Assembly: GCA_046542505.1 (NCBI GenBank)
Contig: JBKHBH010000015.1
Coordinates: forward strand, 1-32,001
Reading direction: 5' to 3'
DNA length: 32,001 nt
Source: Thermovirgaceae bacterium
GTDB taxonomy: Bacteria; Synergistota; Synergistia; Synergistales; Thermovirgaceae
Numbering within the stretch: position 1 is the stretch's first letter; every line of letters begins with the position of its first letter. Below, piece after piece: positions 1 to 8,043 of the stretch. The notes under the pieces were generated by a model. It worked only from the letters and a program-made list of their open reading frames with translations. It ran no database searches and was not told where the DNA came from. The translations under genes and the position numbers were made by a program.

Positions 1-536
1 AAGGGAATCCTCTCTTTTCCCTCCCTGGTGACAACATCCTCGAGTTTCGCCGTATCCACATCACCCTTGAAGGGGAGTTCCGCCGCCGGGTCATACGCTT
101 CATCGATAACGCATTCCACAGGTTCCGCGCCGGCGTGGAAGACATGAGCACGGGTCGTGTCGAAGGGCATGTTGAAAGGAATCTTGTCGCCTGGCTTGAG
201 TAGTGTTCCGAAGGTCACGTTCTCGGCGGCCCGCCCCTGGTGGGTGGGGATGACATAATCGAATCCCAGGACTTCCTTCACTGCGTCCTTGAGGGCGTAA
301 AAACTGTCGGCACCAGCATAGGCCTCATCACCGCACAAAAGGGCCGCCCACTGGTATTTGCTCATCGCCCCCGTTCCCGAATCGGTGAGGAGATCTATAT
401 AGATCTCCTTAGAAGCGAGGCCGAACATGTTAAAACTCGCCCTCTTCAAAGCTTCCTCACGTTCTGTCTCGTCCGGAACCCTTACGGGTTCCACCATCCT
501 GATCCTGAACGGCTCCGGCTGCATTGGAGAAATCAT
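1..536 (-). CDS. tnaA: Tryptophanase / beta-eliminating lyase family protein (3' part runs off the window)
   Basis: Not in ORF track. Manual translation: MISPMQPEPFRIRMVEPVRVP...IYIDLLTDSGTGAMS...GDEAYAG...PTHQGRAAEN...NMPFDTTRAH...PFKGDVD. DLLTDSGT, GDEAYAG and HQGRAAE are family motifs. FDTT (Asp) matches tryptophanase rather than tyrosine phenol-lyase (FTTT). SD GGGGAGG upstream of ATG at 536. Confidence 0.85.
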   Translation of the reverse strand, partial: MISPMQPEPFRIRMVEPVRVPDETEREEALKRASFNMFGLASKEIYIDLLTDSGTGAMSKYQWAALLCGDEAYAGADSFYALKDAVKEVLGFDYVIPTHQGRAAENVTFGTLLKPGDKIPFNMPFDTTRAHVFHAGAEPVECVIDEAYDPAAELPFKGDVDTAKLEDVVTREGKERIP

Positions 537-621
537 GTACGCATCCTCCCCGCTGGGCCTCTTCTTCTTCTCGTCTTTCCGGCAGCAGTCTCAACCGGTG
601 CCTGAACTCGAAACATCCAAA

Positions 622-630
622 ATTATATCA
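622..630 (-). promoter_or_regulatory. Extended -10 promoter element (TGaTATAAT) upstream of the tryptophanase gene
   Basis: Minus strand TGATATAAT in the pgsA-tnaA intergenic region; no good -35 seen. Confidence 0.55.
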
Positions 631-645
631 TCATCATGTAGCGCA

Positions 646-1221
646 CTATTGCCCTTTCTCTCCAGTAGAAGAACCTTCTTCGACGAAGAGGTTTCTCCCC
701 TTCAGGAAATACTCCATCCCCGAACCGACAGTCACTATCATGGCTGTCCACATGGCAAAAAGACCGCCCGGCAGGTCGAAAATCACCAGCAAAATAGCGA
801 TGATTTGAATAACCGTCTTTGCCTTCCCCCACGAAGACGCTGCTATGACGACACCTTCAGAAACGGCGACCATCCTGAGGCCCGTCACAAAAAACTCTCT
901 AGAGACAATAATCACAACGATCCACGCAGGCAGTCTCTGTAGCTGCACCAGCGAAACGAGCACAGCAGTCACCAGGATTTTGTCTGCCAGGGGATCAACA
1001 AGTTTGCCTAGATTCGTCACCATGCCGTGCTTCCGGGCAATGTACCCGTCCACCGTGTCCGTCGCCGCGGCAATGATAAAGACGATGCCCGCAAGAAGAT
1101 CCCCGAATGGCAGGCCGAGAAAGCTTCCGAACTGGGCACGAAGCGTCAGAAACACCATAACGAGGGGTGCCAGGAAAACCCGTGACAGGCTTAAAAGGTT
1201 CGGAAGATTAAATGCCGTCAT
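646..1221 (-). CDS. pgsA: CDP-diacylglycerol--glycerol-3-phosphate 3-phosphatidyltransferase
   Basis: NLPNLLS N-terminus; DTVDGYIARKHGMVTNLGKLVDPLADK CDP-alcohol phosphatidyltransferase motif; REFFVTGLR; GKAKT. Confidence 0.93.
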   Translation of the reverse strand: MTAFNLPNLLSLSRVFLAPLVMVFLTLRAQFGSFLGLPFGDLLAGIVFIIAAATDTVDGYIARKHGMVTNLGKLVDPLADKILVTAVLVSLVQLQRLPAWIVVIIVSREFFVTGLRMVAVSEGVVIAASSWGKAKTVIQIIAILLVIFDLPGGLFAMWTAMIVTVGSGMEYFLKGRNLFVEEGSSTGEKGQ

Positions 1222-1306
1222 GGAGGTACACTCCTTCTTTACGGCTATCTCTCGTGTTCCGCCGGCCTCTTGAAGACTTGCCCGCTACTTTGATCCAAGG
1301 GTATCA

Positions 1307-2011
1307 TCAACCACCCAGGTAGGCTTCCTGGACCCGTTTGTCTTTGAGAAGCTCCTGGCCTGTTCCCTCGAGAACTATCCGACCTACTTCCAGCACGTAG
1401 GCATAATGCGCAATCTTCAAAGAGGCAAAAGCATTTTGCTCGACAAGGAGCACCGTCTTGCCCTGCCGGTTGATGGTTTCGATAATCTCGAAGACTTCCC
1501 TCACAAGAAGGGGGGCGAGACCTAGCGACGGTTCGTCGAGCATGACCAGCTTTGGAGAGCTCATAAGGGCCCTGCCGACGGCAAGCATCTGCTGCTCTCC
1601 TCCCGAAAGGGTGCCGCCCTTCTGCCAAAGCCTCTCCTTCAGCCTGGGGAAAAGTTCGTAGACCCACTGAAGGTCCTTTTCTATGCCGTCCTTGCCTTTT
1701 CTGGTATACGCGCCAAGCATGAGATTGTCCAGAACACTGAGATGCGGGAAAATTCTTCTTCCCTCGGGGCCCATAATGATTCCCGCCTTGACAACGTCTT
1801 CCGGGATCATGCCTTCGAGGGTTTTCCCTTCATAAAGGATTTCCCCCTGTGATTTGCGGACGAGGCCGGCAATGGTACGCAGTGTGGTGCTTTTGCCGGC
1901 TCCGTTCGCCCCGATGAGGGTGACAATCTTTCCCCTGGGGACCTCCAGCGAAATGCCTTTCAGGGCGTGGATTCCTCCATAATGGACGTGGAGATCTCTG
2001 ATGCTAAGCAT
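1307..2011 (-). CDS. livF: Branched-chain amino acid ABC transporter ATP-binding protein
   Basis: GANGAGKST Walker A, PEGRRIF, LSGGEQQMLA signature, LDEPSLGLAP, VQEAYLGG C-terminus. Confidence 0.93.
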   Translation of the reverse strand: MLSIRDLHVHYGGIHALKGISLEVPRGKIVTLIGANGAGKSTTLRTIAGLVRKSQGEILYEGKTLEGMIPEDVVKAGIIMGPEGRRIFPHLSVLDNLMLGAYTRKGKDGIEKDLQWVYELFPRLKERLWQKGGTLSGGEQQMLAVGRALMSSPKLVMLDEPSLGLAPLLVREVFEIIETINRQGKTVLLVEQNAFASLKIAHYAYVLEVGRIVLEGTGQELLKDKRVQEAYLGG

Positions 2012-2792
2012 CTTGCAGGTACTCCTCTCCCAGGTAGGCTTCGATCACCTTCGGATCGCCCTGAATATACTCAGGGTTCCCTTCGGCTATGGTAACACCG
2101 TAGTCAAGGACCCAGATATGTTCACAGATTCCCATGACCACTTTCATGTCGTGTTCGATCAGAAGGATCGTAAGACTGAATCGGTCGCGGATCTCCTTGA
2201 TGAATTCCATGAGTCGCTGGGTCTCATAGGGGTTCATTCCAGCCGCCGGTTCGTCAAGCAACAAAAAATGCGGTTCGGTGGCAAGGGCCCGTGCTATCTC
2301 AAGCCTCCTCTTCGCTCCGTAGGGAAGCCCATGGGCGTCCTCGTCGGCAAGTTCCGCGAGACCTACAGTCTTGAGGAGCTCGTAGGATTTCTCTCGGATT
2401 TCCTTTTCCTCCCTGAAAAAGGAGGGAAGACTCAGCATGGCGTGCCACCAGGTGGTCTTCTGTCGAAGGTGAGCTCCCACCATGACGTTCTGCAACACGG
2501 TTCCGCCCGCGAAAAGCCGTATATTCTGGAATGTTCTGGCTACTCCTGCCTTGCATATCCTGTGAGGTCGCCACCCCGTGATGTCCTCACCCCTGAAATG
2601 GATGGAACCTTCCGTGGGTGTGTAAAACCCCGTGATCATGTTGAAGCACGTCGTCTTCCCTGCACCGTTCGGTCCTATCAATCCCGCGATCCGGCCTTTT
2701 TCGACCTGGATACTGAAGTTGTGGACCGCCACCAGGCCGCCGAACTTCATGGTTACATTGTTTGTCTCGAGAACGATCTCGCGGGTCGTCAT
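2004..2792 (-). CDS. livG: Branched-chain amino acid ABC transporter ATP-binding protein
   Basis: FGGLVAV, GPNGAGKTT, ARTFQNIRLF, LPYG..RRLEIARAL, LDEPAAGMN, IEHDM, VIEAYLG. Confidence 0.93.
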   Translation of the reverse strand: MTTREIVLETNNVTMKFGGLVAVHNFSIQVEKGRIAGLIGPNGAGKTTCFNMITGFYTPTEGSIHFRGEDITGWRPHRICKAGVARTFQNIRLFAGGTVLQNVMVGAHLRQKTTWWHAMLSLPSFFREEKEIREKSYELLKTVGLAELADEDAHGLPYGAKRRLEIARALATEPHFLLLDEPAAGMNPYETQRLMEFIKEIRDRFSLTILLIEHDMKVVMGICEHIWVLDYGVTIAEGNPEYIQGDPKVIEAYLGEEYLQDA

Positions 2793-3775
2793 TTTTCAGC
2801 ACCCCGCTTTCGGAAAAGGCCGAATATGGTATCCCAGGTTATTTCCTTTCTTCCCATCATCCCCTGTCGTCTGAAAAGTATGATGAACAGGAGCGCCAGT
2901 GAAAAAACCACCATCCGCATGCCCGGAACGCCGGGGATTTCGAAGTCACCGAAGCTGATTGGATTTTCCACGATCCGCAGCCACTCCAGAAGTATCGTGA
3001 TGATCACGCCGGCGATGACCGTTCCCGTTATCGAGCCCAGTCCCCCTGCCACGACAATCATGAGGACGTTGAAAGTCAACAGGAAGAGGAACATCTTGGG
3101 GTCTATCGTCGTGAGAAGACTCGCCAGCAACGCCCCGCCCACGCCTGCAAAAAAGGAGCCGATGGAAAAAGCCGTCAGACGGTATTTGAAGGTATTGATA
3201 CCCATGGCCCTGGCGGCGACCTCGTCATCCCTGATGGCCTTGAGAGCGTTGCCGAAATTGCTGTTGACGAGCCTGATGACAATGACCAGTGTCAAAAAGC
3301 ACCACCCGTAATTCCACCAGAGGTTGGCATAATCGGGAATGCCCTTGAATCCCAGGGCACCGTTCGTTATGCGGGGCAGGTAGTTCGCAAGAACACGTAT
3401 GATCTCCGCAAAACCAAGGGTGGCTATCCCAAGATAATCCCCACCGAGCCTGAGAACGGGCACACCGATGATGATGCCTGCCAGTGCAGCCATTAAACCT
3501 GCCGCAATGACCGCCACCAGAAAGGGTGCGTGAATGACGGAAAAGGGCCATATTGCCGGCTCAAGGATGAAAAGCGCCTGTTTTTGCATCGGCGGCATGA
3601 TGAGAAGCGAACAGGTGTAGGCACCTATGGCCATGAAACCCGCATGACCGAGTGAGAACATTCCGGCGAAACCGTATATCAGGTTCAGACTCAAACCCAG
3701 GATGATGTAGACAGCGATGAGGTTCATGATCTGGGTCTTGTATCCGTCCATATTATCGAAGTGTTTAAAAATCAA
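2789..3775 (-). CDS. livM: Branched-chain amino acid ABC transporter permease (N-terminus probably truncated)
   Basis: SLNLIYGFAGMFSLGHAGFMAIGAY, LRLGGDYLGIATLGFAEII, AIRDDEVAARAMGIN, GGLGSITG motifs. Frame is closed by TGA-TAA just upstream of 3781. No SD and no leading hydrophobic helix. Confidence 0.85.
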   Translation of the reverse strand: MIFKHFDNMDGYKTQIMNLIAVYIILGLSLNLIYGFAGMFSLGHAGFMAIGAYTCSLLIMPPMQKQALFILEPAIWPFSVIHAPFLVAVIAAGLMAALAGIIIGVPVLRLGGDYLGIATLGFAEIIRVLANYLPRITNGALGFKGIPDYANLWWNYGWCFLTLVIVIRLVNSNFGNALKAIRDDEVAARAMGINTFKYRLTAFSIGSFFAGVGGALLASLLTTIDPKMFLFLLTFNVLMIVVAGGLGSITGTVIAGVIITILLEWLRIVENPISFGDFEIPGVPGMRMVVFSLALLFIILFRRQGMMGRKEITWDTIFGLFRKRGAEK

Positions 3776-3898
3776 AAACTTTTATCAGGAAGAGCTTTTT
3801 CACAAAAACAATCCGGATGGGTCAAACCTCACTTGCCGGCGGCTTTACCGCATCCTGGCCCTCCCGCACACCCATTGCGGGAATGAACCTCCTTTAAT

Positions 3899-4369
3899 TC
3901 AGAGATCATCGCCTCTTCCCTCGTGCAGGCGCCTCACTTCGTCAATGAAGCTGGACACATCGGTAAATTCCCGGTACACCGACGCAAACCGCACATAGGC
4001 AACCTTATGGAGATTCCGCAGCTCCTCCATTGCCATCCGGCCGACTACCTGGCTCGATACTTCGTTCTGTCCGTTTTCATACAGTTTTTCTTCAATCCGT
4101 GAAACCGTGCTTTCGATCTGCTCCATGGGGATGGAGAGCTTCTCGCAGGCCCTGGCGAGCCCTTTCAAAAGTTTGTCTCTGTCAAAAGCTTCCCGCTGGC
4201 CGCTTTTTTTGACGATCCAAAGCACCTGGGGCTCTTCGAGACGCTCATAGGTGGTAAAACGGCATTGGCATTGCGGGCATTCCCTCCGCCTTCTGACGAC
4301 ACGGCCTTCACTGACGGTCCGAGTCTCGAGAACCCGTGTTTCGGGAGCCTTGCATTTTGGGCAGCGCAC
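3899..4369 (-). CDS. nrdR: Transcriptional repressor NrdR
   Basis: MRCPKC...RRRRECPQC..RFTTYE zinc ribbon, ATP cone, VAYVRFASVYREF. GTG start at 4369 after AAAGGGG SD. Confidence 0.95.
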   Translation of the reverse strand: MRCPKCKAPETRVLETRTVSEGRVVRRRRECPQCQCRFTTYERLEEPQVLWIVKKSGQREAFDRDKLLKGLARACEKLSIPMEQIESTVSRIEEKLYENGQNEVSSQVVGRMAMEELRNLHKVAYVRFASVYREFTDVSSFIDEVRRLHEGRGDDL

Positions 4370-4440
4370 GGTATTCCCCTTTCTTTTTCGGAAGATGTTA
4401 TGGGCACACCCGGCCATTCGGCTGAAACCGCCACCTGGGG

Positions 4441-4483
4441 AAAAAGAGGCAGTTCCCGACGATCTTGCGCCGGGTACTGCCTC
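4441..4483 (-). terminator. Rho-independent terminator downstream of yqeY
   Basis: Minus strand GAGGCAGT-a-CCCGGCG / CGTCGGG-a-ACTGCCTC stem followed by TTTTT. Confidence 0.75.
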
Positions 4484-4501
4484 GATAAACTGTTCCGGAA
4501 C

Positions 4502-4960
4502 TCACATTTCTTTCAGCAAAGCTGCCACGATGCTTTTTACCCGGGATCCGTCCGCCTTGCCCCCGATTTCGGGCATGAGCTTTCCCATGATTTTCCCGAT
4601 GTCTGATGGACCTGCGGCACAGATATCGATAATTACCTTTCGGGCTTTTGCGGCAATCTCTTCGTCGCTCATCTGTTCCGGAAGATATCCTTCAATAAAT
4701 TCAGCTTCTTCAAGCTCCCTGTCTGCCCTGTCCGGCGCGCCACCGCTTCTGTACTGTCCGGCCGCCTCCCGCCTCTGCTTGATGAGTCTCCGCAACATGG
4801 CGATGATATCTTCTTCTTCAATCGGGACGGTACGGCCTTTTTCGGCCTTCAGGTTTTCCAGGGCGGCCTTGATGAGCCTGATATTATCGACAACCGCCCT
4901 GTCACGCCGTTTCATGGCATCGACCAGATCATGCTGGAGACGTTCCTCGAAACCTTGCAC
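4502..4960 (-). CDS. yqeY: GatB/YqeY domain-containing protein
   Basis: DLVDAMKRRD..IRLIKAAL..IKQRREAAGQY..GRADRE-like..YLPEQMS..DIGKIMG..ADGSRV; lies directly after rpsU as usual. Confidence 0.9.
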   Translation of the reverse strand: MQGFEERLQHDLVDAMKRRDRAVVDNIRLIKAALENLKAEKGRTVPIEEEDIIAMLRRLIKQRREAAGQYRSGGAPDRADRELEEAEFIEGYLPEQMSDEEIAAKARKVIIDICAAGPSDIGKIMGKLMPEIGGKADGSRVKSIVAALLKEM

Positions 4961-4966
4961 TGGTCG

Positions 4967-5146
4967 TTACCTCCTCCGTTTTTTCCTCGAAGCCGCTTCC
5001 CGTTTTCTCTTTTTTTCTTCGCTCGGTTTCTCGTAATGCCTGCGTCTTTTTGCCTCGCGCAGGACGCCTCCCTTGGAAACCTCCCGTTTGAATCGCCTGA
5101 GCGCGTCCTCGAGGGATTCATTGTCACGGCGTCTTACTTCAGTCAT
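4967..5146 (-). CDS. rpsU: 30S ribosomal protein S21
   Basis: Not in ORF track (59 aa). Manual translation [59 protein letters not shown]. Confidence 0.96.
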   Translation of the reverse strand: MTEVRRRDNESLEDALRRFKREVSKGGVLREAKRRRHYEKPSEEKKRKREAASRKKRRR

Positions 5147-5176
5147 TGAGTACTTCCCCCCCTTCTGCCGCCCGAG

Positions 5177-5518
5177 CTAGCCCGGAGGCCAGCCTAACAG
5201 GCGTCCCGAAAGAAGATGCACATGAAGGTGCGGCACAGTCTGGCCTGCCTTGTCGCCGCAGTTTACAACCAGACGGTAGCCGGCCTTCTCCAGGCCGAAT
5301 CGCCGTGCGATCTTCGTCGCCGTTTCCAGCAAATTCGCCCAGACCTGCGGTTCCACAACATCAGCCGCCGATGGAATGTGCTCCCTCGGGATCACCAGAA
5401 GATGCGTGGGCGCCTGGGGATGTATGTCCCGTATGACGACGGTTTCGTCATCGGCATCTACGATATCCGCCGGAAGCTCGCCCTTGATGATCCGGCAGAA
5501 TACGCAACCCTCGTTCAC
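5177..5518 (-). CDS. Histidine triad (HIT) nucleotide-binding protein
   Basis: CVFCRII, DIHPQAPTHLLVIP, AGQTVPHLHVHLLSGR..WPPG. GTG at 5518 fits GGAGG spacing better than 5524. Confidence 0.93.
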   Translation of the reverse strand: MNEGCVFCRIIKGELPADIVDADDETVVIRDIHPQAPTHLLVIPREHIPSAADVVEPQVWANLLETATKIARRFGLEKAGYRLVVNCGDKAGQTVPHLHVHLLSGRLLGWPPG

Positions 5519-5548
5519 AGGCACTCCTCCCCCGTTTCATACAATACT

Positions 5549-5577
5549 ATTGTAAGAAAGGACGCAGTCGAGCACAA
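5549..5577 (-). promoter_or_regulatory. Putative sigma70 promoter for HIT-rpsU-yqeY (TTGTGC-17-TACAAT)
   Basis: Minus strand -35 at 5577-5572 and -10 at 5554-5549 with a 17-nt spacer. Confidence 0.55.
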
Positions 5578-5600
5578 CCGCCGTTGCCCGGATTTGCAGG

Positions 5601-6656
5601 CTAGACGGTCGAGCTCTCCAGGTCATTGTATATTTCGCTGTCCGTCAAATCCTCATTTTGAATATGCCTTTTCTCTACAAGCTCGACCCTGAGCATGGCC
5701 GAACGGTACCAGTTTCTGCGGGGCCGGTTCTTGACAGGAGCCATTTTCCAGGCCCGCATGTCCTCGGCGTAGTCCCAATTGACATATTCGTTGAATCCTC
5801 TTATCAGATCGGTCAGGACAAACCCTTTTGACGCAAGGCCTTCCTGAAGGAGCTTCCATTTAGCGAAAGAGCTTTCGGCGCTTGTTAAGCCAAAATATCC
5901 CGCTCCTCCAGGTCCCTTCAGAGAAACGGCGCCGCGGCCTATAAAGGCATCGAAGGCCGCAACCGTTTCCGGAGGGTCGCAGAAAAAAGCATCGAAACAC
6001 CTTAAGAGATCTTCGGGCAACGGCTTCCGAAGATCATGCTTCCTTGCCACGAGAGTCTTTATTCCTGCATGGCGGGATTCTTTCCTTTCGAAGTCGATGA
6101 TACGTTCATCAATTTCGATGACGGTCACGCTCTTCGGCAATTGCGTGAAAGCAAGCCCCAACCCGACGAGATCATCATCCCCCAAAACAAGAATGTCCTT
6201 TCCACGGATATCTCCATGATTGTCTGCAAGGGCTATCCGCGCAAAGGTGGTCTCCGGCGTGACAAAAGCCTGATCGAAAATACGAAGTGCCTGTGGCCTT
6301 TTGCCATGTATGGACTTGAAAAGGCACAGCGCTTCCGAGAAATCATCGTCCACCACGGTTCTTCCCTTGCAACGGGAACAAATGTGATTCACAACGGGCC
6401 GGATGCCTTTGTTCCTGAATGCGATTTCCCCCTCTGATGTCAGAAAGACCCCGTCGGGCCGCCTCTCGACAAGTCCCTTTTCTTCAAACATTCGGAGCGT
6501 CGATGCAACCACCGGTACGGGTTCCTCGGAATACTCGATAATGTGCCAGAAATCAGGCGTTCTCAAAAGAGCCGCAGCAACTCGTTCCACATCGCGCCCA
6601 CAAAGGGGAATTCCCGTTTCTCTCGATAGGGTTTCAGCGAAATCCTGTAGTTCCAT
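5601..6656 (-). CDS. bpsA: Branched-chain polyamine synthase (N4-bis(aminopropyl)spermidine synthase, BpsA family)
   Basis: 351 aa from ATG 6656. N-terminal winged-helix-like part with CSRCKGR; FDQAFVTPETT; LGDDDL motif; IEIDER; HDLRKPLP; DPPET; GYFGLT..ESS..KW; FNEYVNW; WYRS. This motif set is characteristic of BpsA/DUF43. Confidence 0.85.
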   Translation of the reverse strand: MELQDFAETLSRETGIPLCGRDVERVAAALLRTPDFWHIIEYSEEPVPVVASTLRMFEEKGLVERRPDGVFLTSEGEIAFRNKGIRPVVNHICSRCKGRTVVDDDFSEALCLFKSIHGKRPQALRIFDQAFVTPETTFARIALADNHGDIRGKDILVLGDDDLVGLGLAFTQLPKSVTVIEIDERIIDFERKESRHAGIKTLVARKHDLRKPLPEDLLRCFDAFFCDPPETVAAFDAFIGRGAVSLKGPGGAGYFGLTSAESSFAKWKLLQEGLASKGFVLTDLIRGFNEYVNWDYAEDMRAWKMAPVKNRPRRNWYRSAMLRVELVEKRHIQNEDLTDSEIYNDLESSTV

Positions 6657-8043
6657 GGGATCCTTGATTCTCCCCTTCACCCTCGTTTTGCCTGACTGTT
6701 CCAGAAAAAGCATTATAGCATACCCTGCCTTCCAGAACGCCCGCACTGCAACCGGTAATCTCGACCTCCGTAATGTCTCCGGCCCTGACGCGCCCCTTGC
6801 AAACGGCCTTTATGAATGGGGGGGTATAGCCGGTAATAACATCTTTTTCGGATTTTTCGACCAGGACTGAAAGCCGTTTTCCTATCCACCTCGAGGCGTA
6901 CTCCTGATGCTTCCTCGAGGCAAAATCCAGCATTTCACTCATACGGTCCTTGACCTCTTCCGGCGATGGCCTGTCCCGGAATTCTGCCGCCGGTGTTCCC
7001 TTCCGTGGTGAAAAGCCAAAGGCGTGGATCTTTCCCACGCCCGCCCTCTCAAGAACTTCGAAAGTCCGTCTGAAGGCGGCATCATCCTCTCCGGGGAAAC
7101 CGACAATAACATCTGTGCTCAGGTGAAGATCATCACCCAAAAATTTTTTTATCTTTTTCACAAGATCGAGAAATTCCTGTGAGCTGCATCCCCTTCCCAT
7201 CCGCCTCAGGATCCGGTCGTCGCCGCTCTGGAGCGGAAGGTGCAGATGCGGACAAAACTTTTCCGATGCCGCCAGTGCTTCCAGAACTTCTTCCTCCAGT
7301 CCGAAGGGTTCAATGGAACCAAATCGCAGACGGTCGAGTCCCCTGATCTTTTCTATGGCGCGTACAAGCATGGCAAGGGACTCTCCCGTGTCCTTTCCAT
7401 AGAGAGCGAGATGAATCCCCGTCAAAACGACTTCCCTGATTCCACGTGAAACCACGTGCCCCACTTCTTCCAGCGCATCCTCCGGAGCCCTGCTTACGGG
7501 GGCGCCGCGCACTTCGGGGATAATGCAATAGGTACACCTGTGGTTACAACCTTCCTGGATCTTGATGAAGGCTCGTTGATGAAACTTCGGACAGTCCAAA
7601 GACAACGGGTCCCAGAGTGTGCTGGTGGATACATCCACCTTGTCGACCAAAAGGTCCTTTCTCGTTTTCTCCTTGATCAATTGTTCCAGTATCGCAGGTA
7701 CCCGGTGTTTCCTGCGGTTTCCAACGAGGGCGTCTATTCCGATGTCGCTTGCCACTGACTCCTCTAGAAACTGTGCCCAGCAGCCGCACACAACCACCGG
7801 TGCCTCAGGCTCCTGTCTTTTCAGCCTTCGCACAAGCTGCCTGCATTTTCGTTCAGCTTCCGCCGTCACCACGCAGCTCACCAGGACGGCGGCCGCGAAA
7901 GGTCCCTTTTCACAAGCGACCGCGCCCATCTGCGACAGGGACGTAGCAAGTGCCTCCGCTTCGTAGAGATTCGAACGACAACCCAGAACATGAAGACGAA
8001 CCCTTTTCCCAGTCAATATGGACCTATTCTTCGTTGTCACCAC
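6634..8043 (-). CDS. mtaB: tRNA t6A methylthiotransferase (MiaB-like radical SAM)
   Basis: LGCRSNLYE, SCVVT, GCWAQ N-terminal cluster ligands; CNHRCTYC radical SAM motif; CPHLHLPLQSG; DVIVGFPGE; follows prmA-rsmE. Confidence 0.9.
   Translation of the reverse strand: MVTTKNRSILTGKRVRLHVLGCRSNLYEAEALATSLSQMGAVACEKGPFAAAVLVSCVVTAEAERKCRQLVRRLKRQEPEAPVVVCGCWAQFLEESVASDIGIDALVGNRRKHRVPAILEQLIKEKTRKDLLVDKVDVSTSTLWDPLSLDCPKFHQRAFIKIQEGCNHRCTYCIIPEVRGAPVSRAPEDALEEVGHVVSRGIREVVLTGIHLALYGKDTGESLAMLVRAIEKIRGLDRLRFGSIEPFGLEEEVLEALAASEKFCPHLHLPLQSGDDRILRRMGRGCSSQEFLDLVKKIKKFLGDDLHLSTDVIVGFPGEDDAAFRRTFEVLERAGVGKIHAFGFSPRKGTPAAEFRDRPSPEEVKDRMSEMLDFASRKHQEYASRWIGKRLSVLVEKSEKDVITGYTPPFIKAVCKGRVRAGDITEVEITGCSAGVLEGRVCYNAFSGTVRQNEGEGENQGSHGTTGFR

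Noticed and set aside
240..942. Plus-strand ORFs of 121, 171 and 94 aa
   Set aside because: They overlap the minus-strand tryptophanase and pgsA genes, which have clear family motifs.
2001..3311. 436-aa plus-strand ORF
   Set aside because: Antisense shadow of livG/livM with no recognisable motifs; such shadows are common opposite GC-rich coding regions.
3770..3875. Selenocysteine read-through or frameshift joining the 17-aa ORF to livM
   Set aside because: Reading through the TGA stays out of frame with livM, ends at a TAA, and does not restore a membrane helix.
4251..5036. 261-aa plus-strand ORF
   Set aside because: Antisense to nrdR, yqeY and rpsU; Ser/Arg-rich shadow translation.
4912..5127. 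71-aa minus-strand ORF from the track
   Set aside because: Wrong frame; the real gene is rpsU at 4967-5146, which fell below the track's length cutoff.
6657..6746. Extended bpsA N-terminus given by the ORF track
   Set aside because: It would overlap mtaB by more than 110 nt; ATG 6656 has a plausible SD and gives a typical-length protein.
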